Notes under the pieces: model-generated
Seen by the model: the letters and a program-made list of their open reading frames with translations, nothing else
The model's database searches: none
Told to the model about the DNA's origin: nothing
Origin: Eledone cirrhosa
Lineage: Eukaryota
Direction of reading: 5' to 3'
DNA length: 64,000 nt
Assembly (NCBI GenBank): GCA_964016885.1
Contig: OZ024742.1
Span: forward strand, 211,606,001 to 211,670,000
Translations under genes and position numbers: made by a program
Shown here: positions 1 to 12,070 of the stretch, piece by piece
Layout of the letters: each line of letters begins with the position of its first letter
How positions within the stretch are numbered: the stretch's first letter is position 1

Positions 1-480
1 ATACTGTTAATCCACCGTCCAAACTGAAATGAAATTAATAAAACCTGGTTCTATGTAGTAGGTTAAAGTTCAGAGTTCGAGATATCTTTGGTAATTTGTT
101 GACACCAGATAAGACACATAGAAAACAATAACAGTAAATTCACACACGGGCAAATGAACACAAGCTCCTTAAAAAATAAGACGAAAGAAAATATTTTTTT
201 TAAAGGTAACAATTTTGAAAAAATTTATCGTCATTATACTTTAATTGATGCCACTAAATAATTCATAAAAGTTACTATTAAATAATTCTGATTATTAAAA
301 AATGAGTCATTTTATCACGAAAACTACACATTCGGACGATTAGATTAAAAAAATAAATGAAGTATCTATACATTTTATTAAGGTCTTAATTTAAAGACTG
401 TTAATTTACATACTCCCTTCGGCTAAAGCTAAATAAATAGTCCTGGAAAACCATCCCAATTTGTTTACCAGCTTTCAATG

Positions 481-560
481 ATGTCATAGGTCAAAGTTCG
501 AATGACATTTATCATGTGATAAATTACTCGACTAAAGGGGAGTTGCAGGAACTGTACGTG
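481..560 (+). promoter_or_regulatory. Putative core promoter / non-coding first exon of the V-ATPase a gene, ending at a splice donor (GTG|GTAAGT, intron starts 561)
   Basis: Consensus donor GTAAGT at 561. Palindrome ATTTATCATGTGATAAAT (507-524) contains TCATGTGA. DR1-like AGGTCAAAGTTCG at 488-500. The first ~1 kb looks CpG-richer than the rest of the window. The first coding exon has an upstream acceptor, so an earlier exon is implied. Confidence 0.5.
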
Positions 561-1651
561 GTAAGTCGAAGTTTCATTTGTCTCAAACTCCTTCCTATGG
601 ACTTAAAAGAAAGAATTGAAGCTGAAAAAAATTATTTAATATTTCAAGTGTAAATGTGTATACATTGGCAATGTGTATACATTAGTCTCTAAACTCTCCA
701 TTTTTTGAAAGATATTGTTGATAGTTATTATGTACACAGATATTTTACTATATTTCTTTGAAATGATTTTCGTTGAGAAAGTAATGAAATAGTCAACAAC
801 ATTGTCTTGTTGTCCCTGTATATTTCTGTTCTAACGATACTCATGCTACAATGTATTCATATCGAAGAAAGCACGGTGTTTAAACGACAAACGAAGTTAT
901 AGAATAAAGTAAACATTATACATCAACTCTTCTTTCTTGTTAACCAAATATTTGGAAATTACAGAATAACGTTTCTTTCCAATTGTCGGTATTTTTATTA
1001 ATAATGCTCATATTAATTTTTCGTGAATTATCCGAACACTGGCGGATCCGAAGATTTATTAACACTTCCTAAGACTTTTAATATAGAAACGTTGGGGCAT
1101 TTTCCGGGAATTTTCACTTTGTTCCTTGTTCAACTTATGCTGAAATAGGGTAGTAAATACATTTCTAATAATAATGTTCCTGTTAACGAGAATTATATAT
1201 ATATATATAATCTTACCAATTACATGCGTTAATTAAAAATGACACTGTCGCTAATTGGGAATGTAAAAAAAAATAACTTTGTTTTTTTGAATTACTGAAA
1301 TGAATAAGTTTCGATTTAGCGTAGATACTTTAAAATTAACTAAACGTTTTTTTTTTTTTCGTATTACACGTTAAAAATATGGTTTTACAAACTGGATTTT
1401 TAAAACCCCACGTCTAATTAAAAAAAATCTTTAAACATGTTTGTATTTGTAATGGAATTGTTATGCTTGCAAACAAAATACTCAAAGCATTATGTAAATG
1501 TGGAAATAATTCTATTTTTAAGGCACGTGCATTGCGAAAACAATAACATTTCTTTAAGTATTCACGGTTGGTAATTCAAGGAAACTGTTATATATTTTAT
1601 ATTCCCATTGTCATTAATTTCATTTTTAAGTATGTCAATTAGCGGCAAGAG

Positions 1652-1953
1652 TTTTGCCTTTCATCCTTACTTGGTCGATAAAATAAAGTACCAGTAACGC
1701 ACTGAAGTCGATTTAATTGACTTCTCTTCGCCCCAAATTGTTGGCCTTGTGCCTAAATCAGACACCATTGGCAGTATCGGTAGAGGGTCAGGCGCCATGC
1801 TTTGCAACAAAGAGGTGTGACCCTTTATGGTCTGAGTTCAAATCCGGCCGATGTCAACTTTGCCTTTCATCCTTACGGAGTCGATAAAATAAAGTACCAG
1901 TAATGCACTGGATAATTGATGGCCTTGTGCCAAAAAGTAGAAACAATTATTAT
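1652..1953 (+). mobile_element. Two tandem tRNA-derived SINE copies (partial + near-full)
   Basis: A-box-like TGGCAGTATCGGT, B-box GAGTTCAAATCC, core TTTGCCTTTCATCCTTAC.G.GTCGATAAAATAAAGTACCAGT, (ATT)n tail. Confidence 0.85.
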
Positions 1954-1966
1954 ATCTATCTATCTA

Positions 1967-2012
<46 letters not shown>

Positions 2013-2126
2013 GGGTTCCTCGAAATATATATATATATATATTTCGAGGAACCCCACAACACCGCATGGATAATATTTGATAAAAATCAATTTTTTAAAA
2101 TGAATAAATTCCCTCTCTTATATTTA

Positions 2127-2224
2127 GAAAACTGACTGATTTTTCGTTATTTTGCTCAAAAGTATCAGTAAATTAAAACAATTACCGAAGAGAAAAATTA
2201 TATACACAAGAACACACACACACA

Positions 2225-2273
<49 letters not shown>

Positions 2274-2805
2274 CGAAGGAAATGTGGTAAGGAACCAGGT
2301 GGACCATAACGCACCAAAGTACTTAATACTTAGGGTAGTAGAGTGGGTAATAGGAACCAGTAAGACCCCGACGGCTGAGCTCAAGCCATTTAGAGTTGGT
2401 ATACATATTCTATAGATCTATGTACAATATTTATACAAACTATCAGAGGGAATATACATACCTACACATATATATGCTGTCTTCAGAAATAATCTATAAT
2501 ATATATATATATACAATAAAAAGAAATACATAGATCCATGCGAATACATACATATACATGCCGAAGAATATTGGGTATATATATATGTTTTATTTATGTC
2601 TAATGTTTCTTCTTTCTTTATAATGTATTATATATATATATATATATATATTCTGGACTAAAATTTTAGTCCAGAATTAGCCGTCGAAACGGCTTGAGCT
2701 CAGCCGTCAGGGTCCTACTCGTTCCTATTACCCACTCTACTACCCTAAGTATTGAGTACTTTGGTGCGTTATGGTCCACCTGGTTCCTTACCACATTTCC
2801 TCCGT

Positions 2806-2842
<37 letters not shown>

Positions 2843-2927
2843 TCTTGTGTATATAATTTTTCTCTTCGGTAATTGTTTTAATTTACTGATACTTTTGAGC
2901 AAAATAACGGAAAATCAGTCAGTTTTT
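2127..2927. repeat. Long inverted repeat (arms ~2127-2390 and ~2687-2927)
   Basis: The arms are reverse complements with few mismatches; the mirrored ORFs 2152+ and 2666- show this. Confidence 0.93.
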
Positions 2928-2941
2928 AGCTGTGCTGTCCA

Positions 2942-2973
<32 letters not shown>

Positions 2974-3769
2974 TCTTGTGTATATAATTTTTCTTTGGTA
3001 ATTGTTTTAATTTACTGATACTTTTGAGCAAAATAACGAAAAATCTGTCAGTTTTTAGCTGTGCTGTCCTTTTTGAGATTTTACACTTTTATATCGATTG
3101 AACTATAATTAAATCAATATGATGGGAACTGCTTATATCATATGTAGCAATATTGAAACTATATGAAAATTAAATAGCGAAAAAAAAACAACAAACTTAT
3201 AATAAACCAATTGTCCTTTCCCCATATACCATTACTAAAGCAATATTCCAAGGGAGGTAACTGTTCTAATAAGTCGGTGTTTTGATTTTGATGGACAATA
3301 ACAATTGAATGACTAATACAATTACCTAATAAGAAATGCTGGATTCTAGGAATTGTAAATATAGTCTAATTTATATTATATAAAAGTAATTGTATTGATT
3401 CAGCTTAACCTTGGTCGTGTAAACAAATTAATAATAGAACTTATGTTTGAGGCCACTTTCACTTTGTCAAACTTTAGCAAGTATTAGTTTTTTGACGGCC
3501 GCGGAAGAATTTTCTTTCATTGACTGCGGTCAGTTTGTTTACTATAGGGGATGGGTTATTTTTGGTGCAGTAAAGAATTATTGATTGTGTTCAAGATCAG
3601 AGGGTGCTTGTTAGATTTGGCTGCAATTTCTAGCAGGTCGAACTGCAGTGTAGACACTACATTCGGGAGGTAAGGTAATAGAAATTATTCAATTAATATT
3701 TTCGTAACTGTTCACTTATTAGAATATTTGAACATATATGAGAATATTAATTGAATAATTCAATTTCGT

Positions 3770-3950
3770 TTGCAAATACGTGCAGCTGAAATGGGATTCC
3801 TGCGTATGGTCTTTGGTGTAATGTTTCTCCATCGAGTGTGTAGCTCTGAGTATCAGGGAGTCGCTACAGGCAGAACCGTTACTTCTCGAGAGATCACAAC
3901 TCCGGTACTATGGACATGTTGGTAAAATGCCTAAAGAAAGAATTGCTAGA
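3770..3950 (+). mobile_element. Short Expander/Rex3-like RTE fragment
   Basis: QIRAAEMGFLR...IRESLQAEPLL..ERSQLRYYGHV; same family as 55940-56420. Confidence 0.7.
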
Positions 3951-4899
3951 CATAGTTTAAGATGATTGTGTAACATCTATAAAATCGGTTAGTTTCACCC
4001 AGCGATCCATTTGGTTATTTGGAGATAATTAACTTATCAGGACCCTAACAGGAATAAGTGGACGAAAGATATATAATTTTAAATACTAGAATAATTAACT
4101 CATCGGCAAAATATCTCTTAATTACACCAAAAATATTCTAACAAGGTGGTTGCAAGCACAGTGTCAAATCTCCCGCATTTTAATTACATAACTAGTAATT
4201 AATTGTTGTTGAAAGTAGATAAGGTTAATGTGCATAATTAAAAATAAAAGGAGTTAATTTCGTCATAGCCTCAACTAGGCTAATTCACGAGTTTGAATAA
4301 TTAATTTAAAGGTTTATGTATTGAATACCCGAGGCAAAATTGAATTTTCCCTCTCATTTAGAGAAGGAAAATAACCTATCAGCAATTGTTAACGACTGCC
4401 AAAGAAAAAAGGGAGATGATTTCAAGAAATTTAGGGGAAGGTGTAGCGAATGATTTTTTTTTTTTTTTTTTTTCTCTTTAGATATAGAGATAGAGGTTAC
4501 CAATGTAGCGATGAAAGTTATTGGTGATGTGAATTGATATTGGTCCATTGTTCGGTGGTTTGGGTTCATTGTTGTGTATCAAGTTTTGTAGTAGTAGTTT
4601 GCTGGCTTGATGGGTAATTACGCATAAGGTGGATTTGTTCCATAAAAAGCGTCGTGTGAAATGCTGTTGAATGAACAAATAAAACATGATCGCTACTAAA
4701 ATATATTTATTAATTAAATAATTTGCCACGAGGCTATCGTTGACAATGTAAAAAAAACAAGGCTTAAGTTGTGATATATGCATGTGTGCAATGATTTAAA
4801 AGAGGGTATTTACCATACTTCTGTAATGAGATGAATTTCGTTGGCTTGGCAGGAAGAGGGAAAGAGAGAAAAGGAGAGAGTGAATGACCACAAGGTCTG

Positions 4900-5560
4900 T
4901 AAGATAGTGTACTACATCTTAATCAACCATGCAACTGTTTGCTTTGACTCTGGGAGCCAGCTATTTATCACAATCATTCATTTTGTCTCCAGAACAAGAA
5001 TAAACAGATGGCAGTTTCCATGTCAAAATCTTAGACATTGGTGACTAAAAACCTATTAACCATGGAAACTTATTTATGAAGCCACAGAAGGTCAACTTAT
5101 TGGTGGCTACTTGATAGTGTGGAAGAAATTGTATTGAGGAGAGTATCAAATTACTGCTACAACGGGAAGTCTGATGTTTGTTTGCAAGTAAGGGACAACT
5201 GTGGACATGATTTGTTCTGTTAGACCTTACCAGAGTGGCTCATCAGTTAACAGATTTTTATATTTAGAAAAAGAGTTAGGAATAATTTTTGTGCCAGTAT
5301 AATTTGTAGAATCAAAAATTAAAAAAAGAGAAAGGAGACTGCGTATCTGAGAGCCAGAGATTGGAGTCTGTGTGACGTGTCAATCAGTTAAGTGGCCTTT
5401 CTTTAAATGCAATCTAGGATGTACGTGTTGCAACTGAAATATTTTCTCTCAAGAGGAAGGCCAGTCTTTGTGATACAGTTTTAACTATATTTAGGATGTT
5501 CACTTTCCAGGAGAGATCCTCTGTGAGGCCTAGTATTTGTAGAGTTCTTTCATGTTTCAA
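4900..5560 (-). mobile_element. Possible very old CR1/L2-type LINE 3' remnant
   Basis: Reverse strand reads LQILGLT.DLSWKVNILNIVKTVSQRLAFLLR, resembling the post-RT region of CR1-like elements; heavily degenerate. Confidence 0.4.
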
Positions 5561-5763
5561 GGATGGGGTAAAGAGTGTGATGATTTTTTTTCATGCGTTT
5601 CGTGATTGTCTTTGTTGAAGGAGATAAGATTATGTGTAGTGATTTTGTTTGTTGCCTATCAGTAAGGCATTTCACTGATCTTGCTCTAGTAAATCACCCA
5701 TGTTGAGGCACACTCTGCATGAAAAACATAAAAAATATTGTGCAAACTTCATTCAATTGCATC

Positions 5764-5798
<35 letters not shown>

Positions 5799-5903
5799 AA
5801 AATCTTTCAAGAGAGCAAGCTTATATCATAGAATACTGTCTGATCACAAATAATAGGGCTAAAAATACCATAGTTTCCACAATATGTTTATCTCACAATA
5901 TCT

Positions 5904-6089
5904 GGGTGGATTGGCAGTATCAGTAGAGTGTCGGACGCTATGCTTTGCAGCAAAGAGTTACGGCCCTTTATGTTCTGAGTTCAAATCCCGCCGAGGTTAA
6001 CTTTACCTTTCATCCTTACGGAGTCGATTTAATTGACTTTCCCCTCCCTCTAAATTGCTGGCCTTGTGCCTACATAAGAAACCAATATC
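5904..6089 (+). mobile_element. tRNA-derived SINE
   Basis: Same head, B-box and core as 1767-1953. Confidence 0.85.
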
Positions 6090-6704
6090 TGGTGACTACA
6101 TTTACCACGTATCACAAAGGTTCAGCTTTTTCGAGCTAGAAAGCTCTTGAATTCTGAGTAGTTGGTAATTTAATACATAGATTAAATATGTCTTTTGGTA
6201 GAGAACTGTCCAAACACCTGAGATAACCTACAGAAATGGTCATGCTGGACTAAAAAATGTTGTTGTGATGATGGCAGAGGTTGGGGTCCATATCAGAGGC
6301 AAAATTTCACTCTAGTATGTTCGATACACCAAGCACTATTCCTTCCAGCACTATTCCTTCCAGCTCTTATATCATTACAAATTTTCCATTGATCTGAATT
6401 TGCTGTTTATTTTTTGCTTCAATCCTAAACTGACTTAATGTATTTGCTATATATTAATTTATCATCATCATCATTTTATGTCCGCTTTTCCCTGCTTGCA
6501 AGGGTGGGACGGGAACTGATTCTGGCTTGATTTCTACAGCTGGATGCCCTTCCTAACACCAACCTCATTTACTGTGAGTGCTGGGTGCTTTTTTTTTTTT
6601 CCGTGGTGCCTACACGTCCACTTTACAGTGTGGGCTGGGTGCTTTTTTGCCGTGGCACCTACACGACCACTTTGCAGTGGAATGATAGGGACCCCAGTCC
6701 CTAT

Positions 6705-6850
6705 CATCTCATTTCTACAGCTGAGTCAACTGGAGCAAAGTGAAATAAAGTGTCTTGCTCAAGGAAACAACACATCACCCGGTCTGAGAATTGAACTCTC
6801 AACCTTTTGATTGCAAGGCCAATGCTCTCACCACTCAGCCATGTGCCTCC
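6705..6850 (-). mobile_element. Second tRNA-SINE family; related copies at ~21780-21900 (+) and ~62370-62640 (-)
   Basis: Reverse strand has head TGGCTGAGTGGT...GAGTTCAATTC and the CTTGAGCAAGACACTT core. Confidence 0.7.
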
Positions 6851-7187
6851 ATATTATCACCATAATATTCTGTATCCAAATCCTTGCTTTCTGTTTTCCT
6901 TCTAACCCAAACCTTACTCAGTTTATCTTTCTTTGTCTTCTCTCAGGGAGATGATGTGACAGCTACAGCCACTTTTTTTACTCTTCTGACAAATAAAGAT
7001 AATTCTTATAATTTGTGTCTAGGTACAAGAATCTTGTTTTTAGTCAATTCCAAAGGAAAGAGAAAATGCTAGAAATTTTTTTTTTTTTTAGCTTCAAGAG
7101 ATTATGAAAATGTATCTGTTTTTGATGAAAACCAAGTTTTTACTTCAGGTTTTCTTGTCTGAATATAGTAATTTTAGCTTTCAATAA

Positions 7188-7392
7188 GGGTGGTGGATTG
7201 GCAGAATTGTTTGAGCATTGGAGAAAATGCTTTCCAACATTTAGTCATGGCCCTTTACATTTTGAGTTGAAATTCAGCCGAGATCAACTTTGCGGGGGTC
7301 GATAAAATAAATTACCAGTCCAGTACTGGGTTTGATGTAATCAACTTTCCCTTCTAAATTGTTGCCTTGTGCCTAAATTAGAAATCAATATT
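7188..7392 (+). mobile_element. tRNA-derived SINE (older variant)
   Basis: GGTGGTGGATTGGCAGAAT...GGGGTCGATAAAATAAATTACCAG...GCCTAAATTAGAAA. Confidence 0.8.
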
Positions 7393-8019
7393 GATGAGGT
7401 GAATCTGTCTGTCTTTCTCTCTCTAACTAGACAGGTCAAATGACTGTCTTGATCATACATTTTATATAGGATGTCCTTCCCAATGCCAATCACTTTGCAG
7501 CATATACTAAATACATTTTATCATGACAGCAGCACCGCCAGCTTGCAGAATGGATTGGGTTTTTTTTTTTTTTTATTGTGGAAACAGTCCTACTACTTTA
7601 CGGAGTGGGCTAGGTGCATTTTATTGTGGCACCAGCACTACCATTTCACAACAGAACCAGGGCATACATTGTCCTTGACCAGGCTAGGAAAGGCTGTGAT
7701 CAGAGTGGGCATGTAAGATCAATTCATGTTAGGGACAGCAAATTACATGTGGGTGATAGCAAGCCACATGTTGCTTGCTGGTGGAGGGAGTCGTCTCTCA
7801 TTGGAAGATGGCGAGGAAGAATGTGTTGAGTTGTGGATGTGGGCTTGAAGGGAGTAAGTGACCTACCAACAGTACATTGTAGGGTGTGCTTGTCTTTCTA
7901 TGCTGGTATAAGTTGGACAAAGAAGGGAGATTAGGAATGTGAGTGTGTGTGTTGGTGGGTGGGGGGTATATGGCAGATACACAGGAGAAGTAAATGCTTA
8001 GAGCACACATGAAACACAT

Positions 8020-9385
8020 TACTTCAATTGTCAGGGAGGCTCCCTAGAAGTTGTTGACAGTTTGTGTTACCTAGGTGGCCTAATCAGCAGTGGGGGAAGT
8101 TGCTCTGAAAGTATAGCAACCTGGGTAAGAATGGGCTGGAAGAAGTTTACAGGGTTGGTACCTCTGCTGACAACAAAAGGTTTCTTGCTTAGAGTGAAGT
8201 GTAGATGGCTTGATGCCTGTATGTGTACTGCAATGCCTGATGGTTGTGAGACATGGGCCTTGATTACAGAAGACCTGTGAAGGCTAGAAATAAATAAAGT
8301 GGGTATGTTCCAGTTGATGTGTAATGTTAGTGTGTATAAATAATGTAGCATAAATGAACAGAGAGAAAAACTGGGTGTAATAGGAATTGGATACAGTGTG
8401 CAGAAGACTGAGTTGGTATGGATATGATGCATATGGAAGAGGGTAGCTCAAAAGAAGTGCAGAGAAATCCTAGTGACTGGGACTTGTGGAAGAGGTATAC
8501 CTGGAGAGATATGGGATGACATATTGAAGACCAGCATTAAGAAGCTGAACCTCATGGTAGAGGTGACAAAGTATAAGGATTGGCACCATATTGTACTGGA
8601 GAAGACCTGCCTACCAGCATAAAATGTAATCTGATCTATCCATATGTCCACTCACCTTCCATCCACATTAACTGTTCTTAACATCACTATAACACCCCAC
8701 CCAACTTCCATTCCACTCATGACAACATCAACTCATTTAAATCCTAAAGCATGATTCCTTAGTAGCTGTTTAGATCATCATCATTGTACACCTCTCTTAT
8801 CTAAGATCATCCCTCCTTCTCATCCTCTTGACAATTCCCACCACACCCATGATATTAGACTTATTACTCCCAGCCATTTCCCCTTACTCATGGTATATTT
8901 GCTACACCCCTCCCATAGGGTTAAGGATGGCTCTTCAGTTGAACCAATGACTGGTGACTTCCCTAGTGCTAGTACCATTATAAAACACTCGGTATACTCT
9001 ATAAAGTGGTTGGTGTTTGGAAGGACTTCCAGCCATAGAAACCATGTCAAAAAGAGTTGTGCAAAGGACATAACAACTTCTCTAGTATTGATCTACAAGA
9101 TAAACATGGTTAGTATATACTCTATAAAATGGTTGGTGATAGAAAACCTACTGGCCAAAAGGTCGGGAGAGCTCTTTAGCTGTGTCAAAGATTTGACAAC
9201 CTCCCTAGTGCTGGTGTCACAATAAAATACAGTTTGTGCACTTCATAGAGTGCACAAATGAATACAAGCAAGAGATCAATTTCAAAGATTTGTAGCTCTG
9301 ATTAACTACTGACTTAGGCTATGATGACCCACCCAATCTATGCCAGCATGGAAACAGATATTAAATAATGCTGATGATGATGACT
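8020..9385 (+). mobile_element. Old RTE LINE 3' fragment plus 3' UTR
   Basis: CYLGGLISSGGSCSESI..VRMGWKKF..LVPLL, GCETWAL; family 3' end 'gccagcatggaaac...gatgatga'. Confidence 0.8.
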
Positions 9386-9769
9386 GAGTTAAACTTTCTA
9401 GGTCACTTTTAGTTTTGTTATCACCAATATATTTACTGTTTTCCAAAAATGTTGTCCTTGTCAGGTATTCATAACAATAGCCTAAACCTTAATGGTGTAT
9501 TTTAAGAGTTAATATATATAACTTAGAAATGCTGTATATGTACTTACATTATTGAATTAAAGTGTAACTAAATTGATTGCTACATTGTTTTTCACCTGTA
9601 ACCAATCTCGTTTTACTGTATGTCCACCTAATTTTTTTTTTTTTATGTTTGATCTCTTTTCCTTATTGGCCCTTTCATGTTGGTCCTTTCATGTTGATGA
9701 TGATATCTTAGTAATGAAATAATGAAATAATTTTAGTAGATCTTTCAAAATTATTTCATTACTAAGATA

Positions 9770-10820
9770 TCATCATCAACATTGTTTAACATCCATTTTT
9801 CCATGCTTGCATGGGTTAGACAGGTTGTCGTGTTATGAGACATGTCAGGTTCATATGGATCAGTATTTTGGCTTGGTTTCTATGGTTGGATGCTCTTCCT
9901 AATACCAACCATGTTACAGTGTGAATTGGGTGCTTTTTTTCATGGCACTGAAATGACCATCTTACAGTGTGGACTGGGTGCTTTTTCTCATGTTACCATC
10001 ACAATCCCCTTACAGGATGGACTGCATGCTTTTGTTGTGCTGCTAGATCAGCATATAGGGTGAACTTTGTGTTTTTAGTCTTGGCAATGGCATTGTGGGA
10101 GATCAGATGTTGAGCATTTTCAGCTTTCATGGGCTGGGCAGGTGAAGTGTATCAGGGCTAAAGGCAGGTAAATGAGTTTGACATAGATTAGGTGCATAGG
10201 ATACTTAGCAGGTGTGAGCGAGTATTAAGGCAGGGTGAGAGTAATGAGGGTGGGGTGGTGAGAGGATTCTGCAGATTAGTGTGTCCTCTACATGTTTGTT
10301 TTATTTCATTTTCTGTTCATGGGAGGGTGGGTCTTCTGCAGTAGAGCATGATGCTAGAGATCTCAATCTTTTGTCATCTCTTGTGAGATTTAATTGGGCA
10401 TGGTTAGCTTTCATCACTTCATCCCAAGTTTTCCAAGGTCTTCTTCCATAGTTACCATTGACTTATAGTGCCCTGCACCTTTTTATACTGCTGTCATCCT
10501 CCATATGCATCACATGTCCAAACCACTGCAATCTCCTCTCTTGTACACTGCATCTGACCCCTCTTATGCCTAGTTTCTCTCTCAGTTCATTAATGCTTTG
10601 TCATTCATGCGCACTACTATTACACATCCATCAGAGCATGTAAGCTACATTTCTTTCCAATCTTTGCTCTGGCCTCACTTCTATGCAGCATTGCTGTTTG
10701 TACACAAGCTTCATACAATCTACCTTTCATTTTGAGGGGAAAAAAACCATTTGTACCTAGCAGAGGTAGTAGCTCCTTGAACTTTTTCCATTCTGTTCTT
10801 GCTCTGGCTACTATACTTTC
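9770..10820 (-). mobile_element. Old RTE LINE 3' fragment plus 3' UTR
   Basis: ESIVARARTEWKKFKELLPLL, MKGRLYEACVQTAML; (CAT)n tail at 9771. Confidence 0.8.
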
Positions 10821-12070
10821 ACAAAAGTGTTGTAATATATGGTTTTTATATAAAATTATGTTGGAAGATTTTAATTTAAATAGGAACACTTTCAAATTGT
10901 TGCTTTTGTTTTTTAGAACATGAATTGTTTTTTGCTGGGTTGGTATCAAAATGTTTAATTTACATCTCATATAAAATGTTGAGTTTCTGACCTAAATAAA
11001 AATTCTTTCTTAGTCTTAAACACTATCTATTAAATGACTTCATAGATTTAATTTGACTTTCATGTCTTTGAATATTAAACATATCTTCTTAACCATAGAA
11101 TAATCTACTTTAGAATTAATCTTAACATCACAAAACTTCCAAGATTTGTATGATTGATAAACATTGTTGAAATAATGTTAATGCTTAAGTGCAAAAATTG
11201 AATTTTGTATTTTAACTTAGCTCTGTCCACTGCTACATTTTCTTCAATAGACACACTTAAATCTTTATTCAATATTGTTTGTTTTGTAAATTCCATTCTC
11301 TAACAGATGGAATTTCTTAAGTCAATTTACTATCATAATGGTCTTTCATAAGATAATGGAAATGTTTCTTTTCATACTATATAGACCATTCAACGTCCTT
11401 TGTTATATATGTCAATATGTTAAACAGTTGTCTCCATAGCTAATTGTCAGAATAAACCATTTAAGAAGATAGTTCGCATTTGTAATTTTTGCCCAATCAG
11501 ACGAACATTCAGGTTGTATTTTAAAAGAATTTGATTTTAATTCTCAAACATGTAATTTCAGTATAAATGTTTAATTTTCCTTTTTAGATTTTTCAAATTT
11601 TTCTTTTTCTCATTACTCTAGTTATTCTGATAACTTTCCTTTTTGAAAATGTGTAAAATTTTGAATTCTATGGATTTGATTTCATTTTGAAAGGATACTT
11701 TCATTTTGTAACTGTTATTAAAATAGCCAGATAATGTAGTTATAGAGACATTATGACTAAAAAACAAAAAAAGGTATAGCTGGAACATTGTTTATCATAG
11801 CTCTGCTCTGTCAGTTGCCCTGTGGCTAAGCGACAATGTGTGTATATAAATTGTGACTGAATACTATTGAGGATCTTAAATATGAGAGAAAAGTTGTAGT
11901 ACCATAGGCAACATTTGCATTTTAAGAATTATGGGTCTTCATAATACATTTGAAATAGTCAATACGATTGCAAGAACAAAAACGAACAGAAAAAAAAGTG
12001 AGCTCAATATTATAATACTTCAAAGAACAATCTAGACCACTGGCTGCATTTTAAGTTGTATTTGTTCTGA

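Noticed and set aside
2124-2987. Four mirrored ORFs of 78-97 aa
   Set aside because: They arise from the inverted repeat and (TA)n/(CA)n tracts; no recognisable protein.
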